DNA of 63,828 nucleotides, counting the filler, from Sphacelaria rigidula (lineage: Eukaryota), in the NCBI GenBank assembly GCA_964200075.2. It is 3 parts of 3 records of this genome, joined end to end, with 100 filler letters (N's around TTAATTAATTAA, not from the genome) between each part and the next. Parts side by side here need not be neighbours in the genome. Positions count along the whole stretch, not along the records: positions 1 to 21,222 come from CAXNAA020000452.1; positions 21,323 to 42,544 come from CAXNAA020000453.1; 1 more part is not named here. One strand, written 5' to 3'. The translations under genes were made by a program, and so were the position numbers. Of the stretch, positions 9,189 through 21,922 are shown piece after piece. Under the pieces are notes generated by a model that had not been told where the DNA came from, did not search any database, and saw only the letters and a program-made list of their open reading frames with translations. Position 1 is the stretch's first letter. The number at the start of each line of letters is the position of its first letter.

Positions 9189-10979
9189 CCCCCGCATCAC
9201 AAAAGACCGACGCGTTGTAAGATGTGAGTCTGGTCATTGTGTCGATCAGGGGAGACTCGGCGACCATTTCCGGGGAGAAAGAGGCGTGGCCGTTGTGGCG
9301 TCCGTGAACGGCAAATGAGCGGGAAAAGAGCCCGATGTGTGGGCGCCGTGGTTCAACTTAGCGCGTAGACTCCCTCGCTAGCGATGTGCCGCATCAGGTA
9401 CATTGTAGAAAGAGATGGCCTAGCACAGGTACCTTCTCGGCCGATCGGTGGCCCAGATGAGGTGCGATTGAAGAAGAATTCCTGAATCAGGTGTACCTGG
9501 TGAATTTTCGGCCTCGAAAGGGGAAGCGGTTTCTGGAGGCGAGACGTGCGTTTTCGCGTGGCCGTATAGAGCAAGTAATATGTTGTTTTTCCCCGTTTAT
9601 TTTTCGAAGCCCGGGTGCCAAGCCCCTCCCCCCCTCCCCGAGTGATGTGCGTGAAAATTTCGGAGCGAAGACGGTCTAAATGGCGTGTTTTGCTTTTTTC
9701 GCGCGTCTGGTCCTTTTTCGTACCTTTGTTGGGCAATAAACGAGAAGGTATAACTTTCTAGGCCATTACCCAAAAACAATGTCAACGCCAAGACACGTAA
9801 AATCAGCTTCCTCTCTGAACTTTTTAGCGGCCACGTTGAATTTCCAAGAGCTTTCAATCTGGAGTTCTTTCAATGCGACTCTATGTTGCGAAAAAAATTA
9901 TCCCAACTTTCCAACAGCCACTCCGCTGGGTGCTATTCGTCGCAGGTATGATATAAGTTAGTTCCATTAGTTCCACGTGCGCAGTATCCCTCAATAATAA
10001 AACGGTCGGCGTCGTCACCCCATACGAGATGGGCCAGCCGAGAAGCGAATTTGTAGTTTGCACGCCCATGAACCGGCCAATATTTAGAGTTGGACGCTGA
10101 AATTTGGCATGGACAATGAATACGGCATAATGAAAACAAATATCAATGCACACAAGTTTTTTTTTTCTTCATGAGGTGGGGGCATTGTACTGACATACCA
10201 TAATCCAGGTTCCAACTCTAAATATTGGCCGGATAATGGGCCGATAGTGACCGGGTCGGAACAAATCCGGAACAGTATTTTGCAGGCCACTTACCGGCTC
10301 ACCTTCGGTGTTCGTGTATTGAAACTTGGTGTGGGCCGTGGCTAGGGCACAATAAACAAAACGAAGTGGGTGAGCTTAATTTTTTTTTCCCACCAGTTTG
10401 AGGCGTTTCAGTATGAGAACGACGATTGTTTTACGAGAACGCCCGAACCTTTCCCAAAAACAAATGAGGGCCTGCTTTTTTTTATTCAGCATATCTCTGT
10501 GGTTTTTCATGCTGAGTTTCAAATCACAAATCTAAAAATTGAGCTGAAAAATTGAGAAAAGGCCCAGATCAGTGTTAATTTCCACTCGAAACTGCCCTGA
10601 AAACGGGAAGAAAAAAAGAGGAAAAACGAAACAAAATGAAAAACAAAAACCTGTTTTCTTTACTTCATCAGGTATCATCGGTTCTCCATACGAGTTTTCA
10701 TAGCATGACTCTCGAAAACTGAGACGCGATATTCAGATCTAGTTCATCTAGTGCCCCTGCTCGTAAAATATTGATGCTTGTATCGAAACTTATGTGCGCC
10801 ATATCTCGAGATAGATAACGAATTAGATGAAGGTGAGGGTATCTATCGTCTCCCCGTGCTCCATGGAATATCCACACCCAAAATCGTTGTCCCCCGCTGA
10901 ATGTATCGATCGGGGGTTTCCACAGATTTTGGTATGAACGCTATCTCCGTTAGGTATAGGAATCACTAGACATGGGGTG

Positions 10980-12145
10980 TAATCAACGAGAAAATGTTGG
11001 CCCAGACTTTTGAGCAGATGGGCACCTTACACTTGGTTAGACGATTACCACGAGATGCGGATCATGGCTCAAATCGTCTGTGTCGATGGGACATTGCTTT
11101 GAGAGCTCAAGTCCGTTTCTAGGCTGGTCCAGCTCGCAGCAGGCAGGTGATTATCAAGAGATCGGTGGCATACGCCGCTTCATCCCGTAATGGCGTGCTG
11201 CCATGCGCTCCTGGGAGATACTACCCTACGAGGTTTGTGCGCATCCTCCAGTTTCGTCTTCCCCCCTTGTTGAGAGTATTGTGGCAAGTGTTTTCGCTCA
11301 CCACCTCGAGTACGTCCAGCTTGTGACTATGGGTGGATACCCGGCAACTCCGTTTGCGTGCGACGATCAATGAACTCGGTGCGAGCAGGCAGGGGCTTGT
11401 CGGTACTGCGGGCGATGACAGTATGAAAAGGGGCAGTGTGACTTGTACTGCACTCCAAACGCGCCACTCGCCAGGAACTACAAAGGGTGGCATGCCGATG
11501 GGGAGCTATATCCGCACCAGCTGCCATGGCCGCCACCTGTGCCGAAATCATTCATAGCACCTTTCAACGCGGGAGGTTGGCGGCCACATACCTTCCCGGA
11601 AGGCGGTGCTACTACGTTACTGTCCTTAGATTGGAGAATGTAAATACGGATACCTGTGACTCTTCGTAACCGGGACTAACTTATATGGGATGGCGGGGCA
11701 CTGGGCTCGGGGCTGTGTTGAGACGACACCCGCTTCCGTCAACAGGACTCTCTGGAATGATACCACCAACCGACGCCCTGCCGACACAAGTTGTTCGCAC
11801 ATGAAACAAGGGACGACAGTTTCTTCGACACCAGTTTCTAGTCATGCCCGATTCCGAAACAACTCTTCCTTCAATCCGAGACTTATCGCCAGTACCGTTT
11901 ATGCTCAAACATTGCCCTCGGTCCATGAATACGTTCAGCCGTTTTCACCAACCTTGTACGCCCACAGCGCTCAGGTAAGGGTCATTTCGACTCGAGTTGG
12001 GGGTAAAGGGTCAACAAGCATCATGATATCCTCGCTCAGCGTTGTGGGCGTACAGAGTTGGTGAAACCCGCTGAGAAAATATCCACGCGATCGAGGAGCG
12101 TGTGCTTAACAAGAAGCTCATGGCCAAATTTTCGAAGGGTCTGAC
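10980..12145 (+). pseudogene. Degenerate LTR-retrotransposon gag-protease relic (tentative)
   Basis: A stop-interrupted frame RCEQAGACRYCGR*QYEKGQC fits a CX2CX4(H>Y)X4C zinc knuckle. It is followed by LIWDGGA (decayed D-S/T-G-A protease-like motif). Confidence 0.4.
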
Positions 12146-13063
12146 GAATGAATGATTCGTCCGGAAATCACTTGGTTTTAGAGTAATTGATTCGTACCGT
12201 ACGAATCAATCCCCAGGCTTTGTTTTCAGCGTTGCAACCCAAGTACGCGCAGCCCAGGCACGTGGAATGGCGCAAACATTGCGTGGAGACCTGCTTGACC
12301 AGCAGTCGACTTTTTTCCCTCTTTCAAGCATTCGGGCCTAAGAAATCGTGGACTTGATGATTAGAACCGGCGATGATTCGTCCGAACCGTAAAATTTTCG
12401 CATCGGGCAAAGCGCTGTTTCTTCATCAAACTCCGTTTTCGCGGAATCTTCCTTCGGTGCTTCCGGTGGATCATGGCGACAGTAAACTTGCGGCGTTGGG
12501 ATCAACAGGGCCTTGACTAGGCGTGATATCCAACAAAAACTTGAATAGCTACACCACAAAGTCATCCTCTTGGTGCGTTGACGAGCGCAAGTTATAGCGT
12601 ATTTCGAAACCGGAATTGCTCCAGTGTCGCCATCGTGATGCGTGGAAACAAGAAAAAACAAAACTCATGTTGTCTGCGCATGGGCTGGAGAAGTTCTTGG
12701 TCCAGTCGGTTTGGTCTCGTGCGCGGCGTTAGACGAGGGCTGTGGAGGGTCCATATTGGTCGAATAGTCACACTTTTAACATGATCTGAGACAGCACATC
12801 ACAGGGTGGGGTACGAAAGATATTTAATAGGTTTCACGGGTTGGACGAATTCATGATTCGTCTGGAAATTACTTGATTTTAGAGTAATTGAGTCGTACCG
12901 TACGAATCAATCCTTTCGCTTTGTTTTCAGCGTTGCAACCCAGGTACGTGCAGCCCAGGCACGTGGAGTGGCGCAAAAATTGCGTTGAGGCCTGCTTGAC
13001 CAGCGGTGAACGTTTTTTTCTCTGTTGAGCAATCAGGCCTGAAAAATCGTGGATTTGGTGATT
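12143..13063 (+). repeat. Two ~220-bp direct repeats (12143-12365 and 12843-13063)
   Basis: Both share atgattcgtc.ggaaat.actt...tttagagtaattga.tcgtaccgtacgaatcaatc...tttgttttcagcgttgcaaccca. Confidence 0.85.
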
Positions 13064-14299
13064 CGAATTGGGGATGACTTGTCCGCATCGTGGTAGGCTT
13101 CACGGAGGATACCTGCCCCAATGCACTGCACTGCAGGTTTCATTTCAGGGCACGCCCCGCAGTCAGCTCAGTAAGCCGGAAATTATATGCACATTATGTG
13201 TTTTTTCAGGTTTAGGGTGTGCGCCTTCAAAAGTGGAGGATAGGGAGCTCGCCATGGGCTGCGTGTGGATGGTCAGCAACAGGATTTAGGGTGTGAACAG
13301 GGAGGGTGCTGCCTGCGCGCGCGATCAACCCGTCAAGAAATTGGATTGTAAAAGCAAGTGTATTTGGGCGGAGCATCCCAAGACATAACAGGAAAAGGGG
13401 AATTTTTGTCTGTGGTCATTGTGATTTCCTCGAACAGCCCGGACACGTCTTTGGCCCCGATTAGCACCTCTAACAGTACCGTAGTACAAGTAGTATGCGG
13501 TATCTGTAATGCGTAAAAAATAGAATTCCACAACATGCCGTCTTCGTTGCAAACACAACTGCACGGGCGTTCGCTGCATCATGTCAACCGGGATGAACGG
13601 TGTGTAACAGAAGAACTGTGAAAATCTATACTTATCTGCAAGTTCGGCGCTAGCGTGCATCCATCAGTACGGGTCGTGACGATACCCCACACGCGAGTGT
13701 AGTTATCCGTGGGCATGCCCCACAGTGAACAACGCGGGTATTGGATCGACGCTTGGGTGCTGCACAGGACAGTCACGTGCTGCGCGTGCAATAAAACGCA
13801 TCATTTGTGTAAACGGTGATGATTGTTGGGACGCCTGCCTGACCCCTCCTGCGTTGTCAGCATACTTTCACACAGCCTGTGAGCCATGCTACGAGAGGGG
13901 GGCGGGGCACTTTTTCAACGAAATTCCACTTCAAATCTTTGTTGAAAGCAGCAACGTTTGTTCAAGCGCGCTTGTTACCCACGGATAACGCTCATTAATA
14001 CCGATTGACTACGCTTTTACCAAACTACAAGTGCACCGCGAGTATGTGAGGTCATCTGACACAGCGGTGAGCCCCTTTTTTCGTGGATGCAAATCCCCCC
14101 CCCCCGCCCCCCCCCCTATCGTAGCATGGCGTTTGTATAGTTTTTGTGCAACACTCAAGAGAGACAGCAGGATCGTGCCGCACATTGTGTTCGCTGGAGA
14201 ACGATGGGATTTTGACTGATTCTTACCCTTATCTCGAACCAGTGATGAATCAAACTGGAAGTGCAATGGAGTACAAGCAGCACCAGTACTTCAGAGAGA

Positions 14300-14830
14300 A
14301 CACAAACAGGACTTGAGACAAATCCTCGTACACGCCGGGCGCGTTGTGCGCATGCATGATGACTGCTGCCTCTCCAACATCGTCATGCGTAGTGATGGTC
14401 GGGGGCAAGACAAAAGGCAGGCCGATTAGCAAGACGCCTACCACACAATGTCACGGAAAATACAGCTTTAACTTCGGAAGTAACGCCATACCGTTGACGC
14501 CGGTCACTCAGGATGTGTCTGAGTGGTACGAAGTCGTGGAGGAGGGGGCCAAGATGTACATGACATTCTGGATCAAAGCACGTCATGCTAGGGAATTGTT
14601 TGCTATCCCGCCACTAGAGTCTCCCCAGTGCCTATCGGGGACCTCCGAAACCTAACCAATAGGTCGTCGCATGGCACACTCGCTAGTGCATCTGCCGTTT
14701 TCCGAACAGCTTTGGTAGTTGTCTATGGGGGTGCGCCAGAGGTTGCTGAGTTGACCCTCGCTTGAGGGCTATTCCAATCCACTCTTGTTATTCGTCTTTT
14801 CTTTCTTTTTCTTTCGGTATTCTCTGTTAG
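14300..14830 (+). mobile_element. 3' relic of a non-LTR (RTE-like) retrotransposon
   Basis: Frameshifted peptides RMHDDCCLSNIVMR, GGKTKGRP and WYEVVEEGAKMYMTFW resemble the RTE-clade RT C-terminus, followed by a pyrimidine-rich tail. Confidence 0.5.
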
Positions 14831-16841
14831 AAAGTCTGAAGGGGTTTTTTCTTCACTCCACCCCGATGATCTCGGGGTAGTTTTTTTCTCTTCACTTCCC
14901 TACGCGTCTTTTCAATTACTCTTGTTTGCTGATATTTTCTTTGTTTTTGACAGTAGTCTAGAGTCTCATACTTGCAAGGAAAAGCAAGGAAGATATTTGG
15001 AGAGACGGGCCGACGTCTGTGACCACGGGTTCGAGAGATCGGACTGATGTGGAGAAAATAATATAAATAATGTCGAGACGATGAAACATACATGCAACAT
15101 CACAGCACGCTCGAGGTATGCCACCCTCGCCCTCGCAGTACAATATGTTGAGTGAGACGCGATGGCACGCCTAACGTTTCATACCATTGTGTTCAGCAAC
15201 TGAACAAACAAAAAGTCGTGTGCATGTACCGTACAGTACAATAGCAGGAGTACAGACTCAGTAGAGTGAACAAGGGGGTGCAGTGAAGACGATGTGGCAT
15301 GCGTGCAGGATCGGAACACATTGAAAGTCTACCAGCCCTGCCCCGAAAATACCAGATTTGCTGCGAGAATGAAGATGAGGAGGAAATCATGTATGCTGTT
15401 CTCAGATATCGCAACAGTGGCGGTTACCCGCGTTTGCCACTTTCACACTACCGAAACGTATACCCCACGAAAACTTAAAATTGCACAGCGAAGACACACC
15501 CTCTGCACACACTGACTGACTGTGCATGCACACACACCTGGCTTCTGCCTAAAAACTGGCCAGGGGTTCCCCGGGACTACGCTTGTTTGTAATAAGAGGC
15601 GTTTCATCTTTTGAAGAAACACCTGCAAATGTGGCAGAGTCCATCGGAGTCCATCTACGGGGGTTCGCAGTCAGTGAAACCGGTGCAGGCTGGTCCAAGG
15701 TGAATGATCAGAATTTACTCCCCAGCGCTTGGTCACGTCGATTCATAGAGTGGGACACTGCAAGTTTACATACAGGTGCTCTGAGATATTCTAGAAGACT
15801 GAATCAATAGGGTTTCCCGATTGTTCGTCTATGAAGCCAGATATTCGACATTCGACGTATTATGTAATATTTTTCACTGCCTGCCTGCTCTTCAGCCTCA
15901 CGAGTACGCGATACCACACTCATGGACAAAATGACTGGTATGCCCGTGAATGGGGCCCGATTCTGGACACACTATACCGGGAAATGGACCGACCAACTAC
16001 ACAGTCAGTTGAACGGAGACGAAATCAAACCTTTATGAGCCAATCAGTATCAATCACAAGTACACGCGTCACTCGAAATGGCGACGGCGCTCATACCAAA
16101 TGTAATATTGCCTTCATACATTCTACAACAAACCTGTGACTGACTTTGCTGTACACCTGTACACGGATAACAACAGGAGGATAAAAGCTGCTGCTCGCGT
16201 CGTTGTTGTGCTTATCTTTTAACGCGAATTCCTCCGCAACGAAGCAGAGGATTGGACTGCGATTCGATGCATGCGCTTCCCCCACACCAGAACAATTCAG
16301 TGTGGCAACAGATTTTCGTAATGCATGCCGCGGAGTCCGCAGCACTTTGCAAACCGCTGCAGCAAACACGAAATGTACTATATAACGCGTGTCCTCCAAC
16401 GTTCTGGGGCTTTCGGATCCGCTGCGGCGAATTGAACAACTCCGCCGCCACACTGAATAGGTCTAGTGTGTGTGCGGGGGGCTGTCAGGTTCCAGAGGCC
16501 GGTTTGCTTCCCGTCTCGAGAAATATACGATGAAAAAGGTACAGCTGTCGCATACTAAACCTAGGTAACTTGGGATGAGGCGTGTGTTATGTTCGGCAGA
16601 GAATCGGCGCACGTTCGACCAGCCTATGACGTCTTCAACACGTCTTCAATATCCCTCCGCGTTCATTCTATTTTTCGTTGACAACGGATTTTGGTCGGGA
16701 AGGCCTTCATTCACGGTCGTAACTGTCCGCGTACAGAACTCTTTCACATATCTGTGATACCAAAACACGGTTCCCCCGATTTTGAGTTCGAAAATGTAAG
16801 TCCCCCCGATTTTAAAGCAATCGGAGTTTCCACAAAATCAA

Positions 16842-16845
<4 letters not shown>

Positions 16846-16880
<35 letters not shown>

Positions 16881-17045
16881 TGTTGTGTTGCCATCCCATT
16901 TTTTCTGGACGCTGATCTACACACCTTTCGGTATATGTAGGCGCATCAGCCGGGGTCACAGAGGAGGAAGGCCAACACAGGCCTCATTTTTGTTTTCGCG
17001 TTGATTTAGTTCTCTACCTTCCTTCTGCAGCGCTTGCCTTGATAT
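16846..17045 (-). mobile_element. SINE 3' fragment with an expanded (CA)n tail
   Basis: cctttcggtatatgt...ccggggtcacagaggagga...ccttccttctgc, preceded by a (GT)n tract. Confidence 0.75.
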
Positions 17046-18029
17046 TTTAGGCAGTCTGCATTTGGAGCGGCGCAGATTCACTTGGTAACCACCAATCAGA
17101 TCGCTCCATTTTACTTGTGAATCGCCAGGATAGTAGTCTAAAACCTAGTGCTCGTGTGCGGTCTAATCTCGTCGCATGTTCCAACACAATACAGTAGTAC
17201 AGCACAGCACACGCCCTCAACACACAACAACAGCACGAGTGTCCGAGCAATGGACAGCGCAGTGTTCGTTTTACGGAAGACGAAACAGCCGACACACCAT
17301 GAAGTTTTCAGCAGTGTGTAGACAGTACTGCACGCCGGCCCGCACTGTTTTCCGCAGAGACGAACACAACGACAATACTGCGGCTCATGCAACCCAAACC
17401 GTCTTCGCAATTGCAAAAACACACAACAACAGTACAGGCAGTGAAGTAAGCTCCAACACATACGAGAGGGCTCGAGTGTGTTTGCTTCGGTACAGTAGTG
17501 AAACAGGACATGTCCCATGGTTTAGTCCTCCACCTGATTCTGAACCAGTCCGCAATTTTGCGCGAGTGCCGGGTTTGGACGCTTGGCTATAGTCGCGCTG
17601 CTAACCATTCCAATTGGCTTGCCCGAGGCGACCTATTCGCAGGTGGGGTATGCAAACAAGAGGGAGCAGGTCGCGAACGCTTCTAGCGCCAAATCCGCAA
17701 GAAACCCAAATCTAGACGCTGAACACACTAAACAACAATCGAACTCCACAGCAGCTCACAGCAGGGCAGTGACACCGAACATACTTTTCTTGTAGCAGGG
17801 CAGGATACCGCAAACGTAGGCGGTGATGACTTCTCTGCTCGACATTCTACCGGGAATAATCAAGTGAATCGTTTTTTCTTGAAGGGCCTCTTTGAGGCTA
17901 TTTATCAAAGAACAAGCAGAATGTTGATGCTGCGGCGTCATGGTCAAGAGGCCATCAGCTGAATGTTCAAACGTGATCCTGTCATTTGTGTGTGTGCGAT
18001 TACATCGCCACAACTGTTCACACCCGCCG

Positions 18030-18755
18030 CCGCCTGTAGGAGTATGTATAACGCCGGGGTACATGATATCCTCGTCGCCGTTTTAGAATGATCGAAGCGC
18101 AGTGTGGTGCCGTACGGTATAAACGCGGACGACACAGTACCGTAACGTGCATGGCGTGAGTTTATACTTAACCCTCTGGAACCGTTGATGGAAAATTTAC
18201 GATTTACATTTGACGTTGTTTCGGGCAAGAAATGGTTGTTTTCTACAGCTTTTGAGCAAACGATTCGCCCGAGTGTTTTTCAGACCCGTGCGGATGGAAC
18301 GTCGAAGAAAAGAAGGTTCTCTATTTTACGGGTATGACGAATTGTTCGACCCGTCAGTGTTTTGTAACCCCGGCCAAAGTGCACGGCTGACTCCCCGTGA
18401 AGCAATCTTCACGCCGCACATGCGGTAGATGCTTTGCACCGCATCATAGCAAGCTTGCGCCGAAGTTGAAAGAACAAAGGCGACACCGACGACACGTTTA
18501 CCTCACTTATGCGCCCGTCCACTGTTTGTATTCGCAGACAGTCACCGTCAGACCCTATGGTTACGTGTTCACCTACTCCTCTGTACGGCGTGTGATCATG
18601 ATATTTTCAGCTCATGTCAGGGTAAACTCACGTCATGCACGTTACGGTACTATGTCGTCCGCGTTTATACCGTACGGCACCATACTGCGCTTCGATCATT
18701 CTATAACGGCGACGAGGATATCATGTACCCCGGCGTTACACATACTCCTGGTGCA
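18030..18755. repeat. ~135-bp inverted repeat pair (18030-18164 / 18623-18755) enclosing a TTAA-CCCT segment
   Basis: ggagtatgtataacgccggggtacatgatatcctcgtcgccgtt...gtgagttta pairs with taaactcac...aacggcgacgaggatatcatgtaccccggcgttacacatactcc. Confidence 0.85.
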
Positions 18756-20391
18756 GCGTAGGCGGGGGCGTTACTTTGGCATATACAATACAGGCTGTCA
18801 CTTTCTAGGCTGTGATCTTACGGCATTCATCCTGCGCGTTGTGCTGTACGTTCCCACGGCACCACCTCGATACTGAAGGTTGGTCACGTCTGAACGTTGC
18901 ACAACCGTACTTTGTGCGGCGTGAGGTGTTTTACTCCGGCTGGTGCTATCGCCTTTGGACCGTCTGTCCTCGTGGGTGGCGTTGGGGTTTCATGCCATAA
19001 TATTGCATACCTTCTATCGTCTAGCATGGAAAACCGTTACATCGTCATTCAGTCATACGGGACTGCAGCGAAGTGTAGTTACTGACTGTACTTGTAGTTG
19101 GGTTAGGCTGGTTGCGAAAGGCAGTCTCGGTCGGTTGTCGACCGTTTTGCTAGTATGTCGCCTGTCTGGACGCTGGCAATCACGTCCGCCTGATGTCTCC
19201 CACATAGTCCTGTGTGCCTCGCAGCGTTTTTTCTTGTTGCGGTTACTGTGCTGACGTTTGGTAAGCGAGCAGGAGGGGCGGTGTGCGCCGGGGGTCAAGG
19301 GGCTGCCCCAACCGCTCTCGCGGCTTTTTCAGCGATACGTCTGGCAGCGTCCTGGCCGTACTTCTCAGCCACCTCTTCCAGCTGAACGTGAATTTCATAT
19401 GGGTCGTCCTTCAGCGCTTCCACATGTGGCGACGGGATTTCCACGTGCTCCGCCATATCATCGTCGCCGGCCGTATAGTGTGGCTTCCTACGCTCGCCAA
19501 GTGTTGATGATGCAGCCCACCAAAACGGTGGGCTACTCTAGTTTCAAGTATACTGTAATAGTGCACCAGTCTAAGTTCAAGTATACTTATGTGACGTATT
19601 CGTGTACCGAACTCGAATTGACGTATTTCACAGATTCTACTGACAAAAATCGCATGTATAGGAGTTCGTACTGTTTTGCGAGAGTTTCGTCGATGCACAC
19701 AAGTGGACACACTTCGCCCGTCGCGTGATATCATTGGACAAACCCAACCCGACCGCTCCGGGGTTTCATTTTCGGTACAACCATGACGTGTGCGTCTGCA
19801 GTCTCCTTTGGTCTTCCACAGTGAAACTGGTTGCCGTCGGTCTTTTCTGTTCCCATCTTTTCTTCTTTGTCAGGGCTTCTCATAATGAGGCGTCTGGCCC
19901 GGGGACGTGAGGGGAGGTTTCCAAAAGGGTTAAAATAAGCTGAAAATTTCATGATCACACGCAGTACAGAGGAGAAGGTGAACAGATCTCCACAGGGCCT
20001 GACGGTGACTGTTTCCGAATACAGGCAGTAGACGGGGGAATAACTGAGGTAAATGTGCCGTCGGTGTCGTCTTTGTTGTTGCAACTCAGGCGCCTAGGCG
20101 CAGGCTTGCCATGATGCGGCACGAAGCATCTACTGCAGGTGCGGCGTGAAGATTTCTTCACGAAATATTAGCCATGCACTCTGGCGGGGATTCGAAAACA
20201 CCGACGGGTCGAACAATTCGTCATACCCGTAGAATAGATAACCTTCTTTTTTTTCCACGCTCCATTCACACGGGTCTAAAAACATGCTTTGGGCAAATCG
20301 TTTGCTCAAAGGCTGTAGGAAAACAACCATTTCTTGCCCGAAAAAGCGTCAAATGTAAATCGTAAATTTTCCATCAACGGTTCCAAGAGGG
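18172..20391. mobile_element. piggyBac-like TTAA|CCCT...AGGG|TTAA structure with ~440-bp inverted copies (18172-18612 / 19934-20391)
   Basis: ttaa|ccctctggaaccgttgatggaaaatttacgatttacatttgacg pairs with cgtcaaatgtaaatcgtaaattttccatcaacggttccaagaggg|ttaa. It could be one long-TIR element or two MITE copies. Confidence 0.7.
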
Positions 20392-20395
20392 TTAA

Positions 20396-20635
20396 GGAGT
20401 TAGTCCCTGAAATTTTGCACAACTGTGCTATGGGTCATTACGCAACTCTGGATGAACGAGCTTTATTATTTTATTTTTTCACCGTCATGTAGGGGTCCGA
20501 CTGGATCAAAGTTTCCCCGAAAAAACTGGGACCCCGGAAAAACGGTGGAAAAAGTCAAGAGGTAAAAATAATCGACCTTGGAAAGTTGCGTAATGATCCA
20601 TAGAACACATGTGCAAAATTTCTGGGTCACACTCC
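20396..20635. mobile_element. MITE with a TTAA target duplication and GGAG termini (Kolobok-like)
   Basis: ttaa|ggagt...aaattttgcaca...cattacgcaact pairs with agttgcgtaatg...tgtgcaaaattt...actcc|ttaa. Confidence 0.7.
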
Positions 20636-20747
20636 TTAAAACGGCGTGAAGTTTTGCCGATGACGGTGTGCGTGTTTTTTTTTTCCGTGAACCAGCCTGT
20701 AGTGTCACTCGATTCATCTGCAGGGGGGATCGCTGTCAAAGGGTTAA

Positions 20748-20880
20748 GTCGGGTTCTGTGTACCCACGATGTAGTCGCTCTCCATTGTTGGGCATTGTTT
20801 GAGAAAAAATCCAGATCGCTCCGAGATTTGAACCCACGATTCAGCCGTAAGAAGAGTTCGAGCTTTCCAACTGAGGCCGG
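20748..20880 (-). mobile_element. SINE 5' fragment (tRNA-like head)
   Basis: Reverse complement ccggcctcagttgg...gggttcaaatctcggagcg...gggtacaca, cut at a TTAA. Confidence 0.75.
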
Positions 20881-21222
20881 ATGTTATGGCAAACAGACTT
20901 CTGGCCCACGGATCTTTCACTTCTGGGACGTTTGAGCCACTTTTTAAGCCCCAAACAGGGAAAATCACCATCACACGTCTCGGACACTTTGCATCACCCC
21001 ACAGAGAGGAGCCCCGTCTGCTTTTCAGATTCGCTTGGCTCCGAGGTTACGAGTTGGCCGCTGAACAAAAATTTGTGCTTGCCGACCCCCGCCAGTTTGC
21101 CAAGATTTTTGCGCACGAATTTTTGCAAGGGTAAGTCGAGTACAGTAGTCAGCGGCAGAAGGATGCAGAATCCGTAATTTCTTGGTTTCTCGAAGATTGT
21201 CCAAATTTGTTTTGCTTGCCAC

Positions 21223-21322
21223 NNNNNNNNNNNNNNNNNNNNNNNNNNNNNNNNNNNNNNNNNNNNTTAATTAATTAANNNNNNNNNNNNNNNNNNNNNN
21301 NNNNNNNNNNNNNNNNNNNNNN
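21223..21322. other. Artificial assembly gap (44 N + TTAATTAATTAA + 44 N)
   Basis: Fixed 100-nt spacer containing a six-frame stop linker. Confidence 0.97.
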
Positions 21323-21847
21323 GATATCCTATTTGAGGAGGGGGGGGAGTGATTCCCCCCCCTGATCGATCGATAATGACGATAGTAGTTGCTGTGTGTG
21401 CGCGCATCAGTCTTCAGAGCACAGTTCCGTGTACAAGTACGGTAGATCAAATATACTGATTGCTGCTGTGTTCGACACTGGGTACCAACCGCAGCATAAC
21501 GCGTTGGGCGGTACTACCTGCTCACTGCACAGCCGCAGGTTACAGGGTGACAAAGCACATCGCAGGACGTCACATCCTTAGCCTATCCCTCTGCTGCATT
21601 GATTTCGCGTTGTCCTATTATGCAGTTTGCCACATTATCAACGCAGCCGATTGTATCTGCGACCGACGTGTACGCAGGATATCATCCCTCGCTACGCGTT
21701 ATATCGCTGCGTCACATTCTATAAAGCTGTCCGTGTTGCAGCTACAGCGTGCGTTTGCCCATGGTGGCGCACGCAGGAGTGGAAGGTCGCCTCAGCCGCT
21801 GTAATGGCTGCCTGTATCTTGGGCGAAGCTGTATGGTGACACAGCCG

Positions 21848-21922
21848 CGGCTGGTGCGCCCACATATACCGAAAAATGAAGACCAGCGTCCAGAATGCAT
21901 GGAACGACAGCACAAACAACAC
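21848..21922 (+). mobile_element. SINE 3' fragment
   Basis: cggctggtgcgcccacatataccgaaa...ccagcgtccagaat matches the SINE tail region. Confidence 0.65.

Larger units (their letters stand above)
7600..9748. mobile_element. Non-autonomous foldback DNA transposon with >500-bp near-identical inverted arms, flanked by TA
   Basis: ta|ccttctcgtttattg ... caataaacgagaagg|ta. ORFs 7411..7998(+) and 9353..9736(-) give nearly identical peptides. No transposase is present. Confidence 0.85.

Noticed and set aside
21267-21278. TTAATTAATTAA palindrome as a biological site (also 42589-42600)
   Set aside because: It is centred in identical 100-nt N blocks and is an assembly linker.
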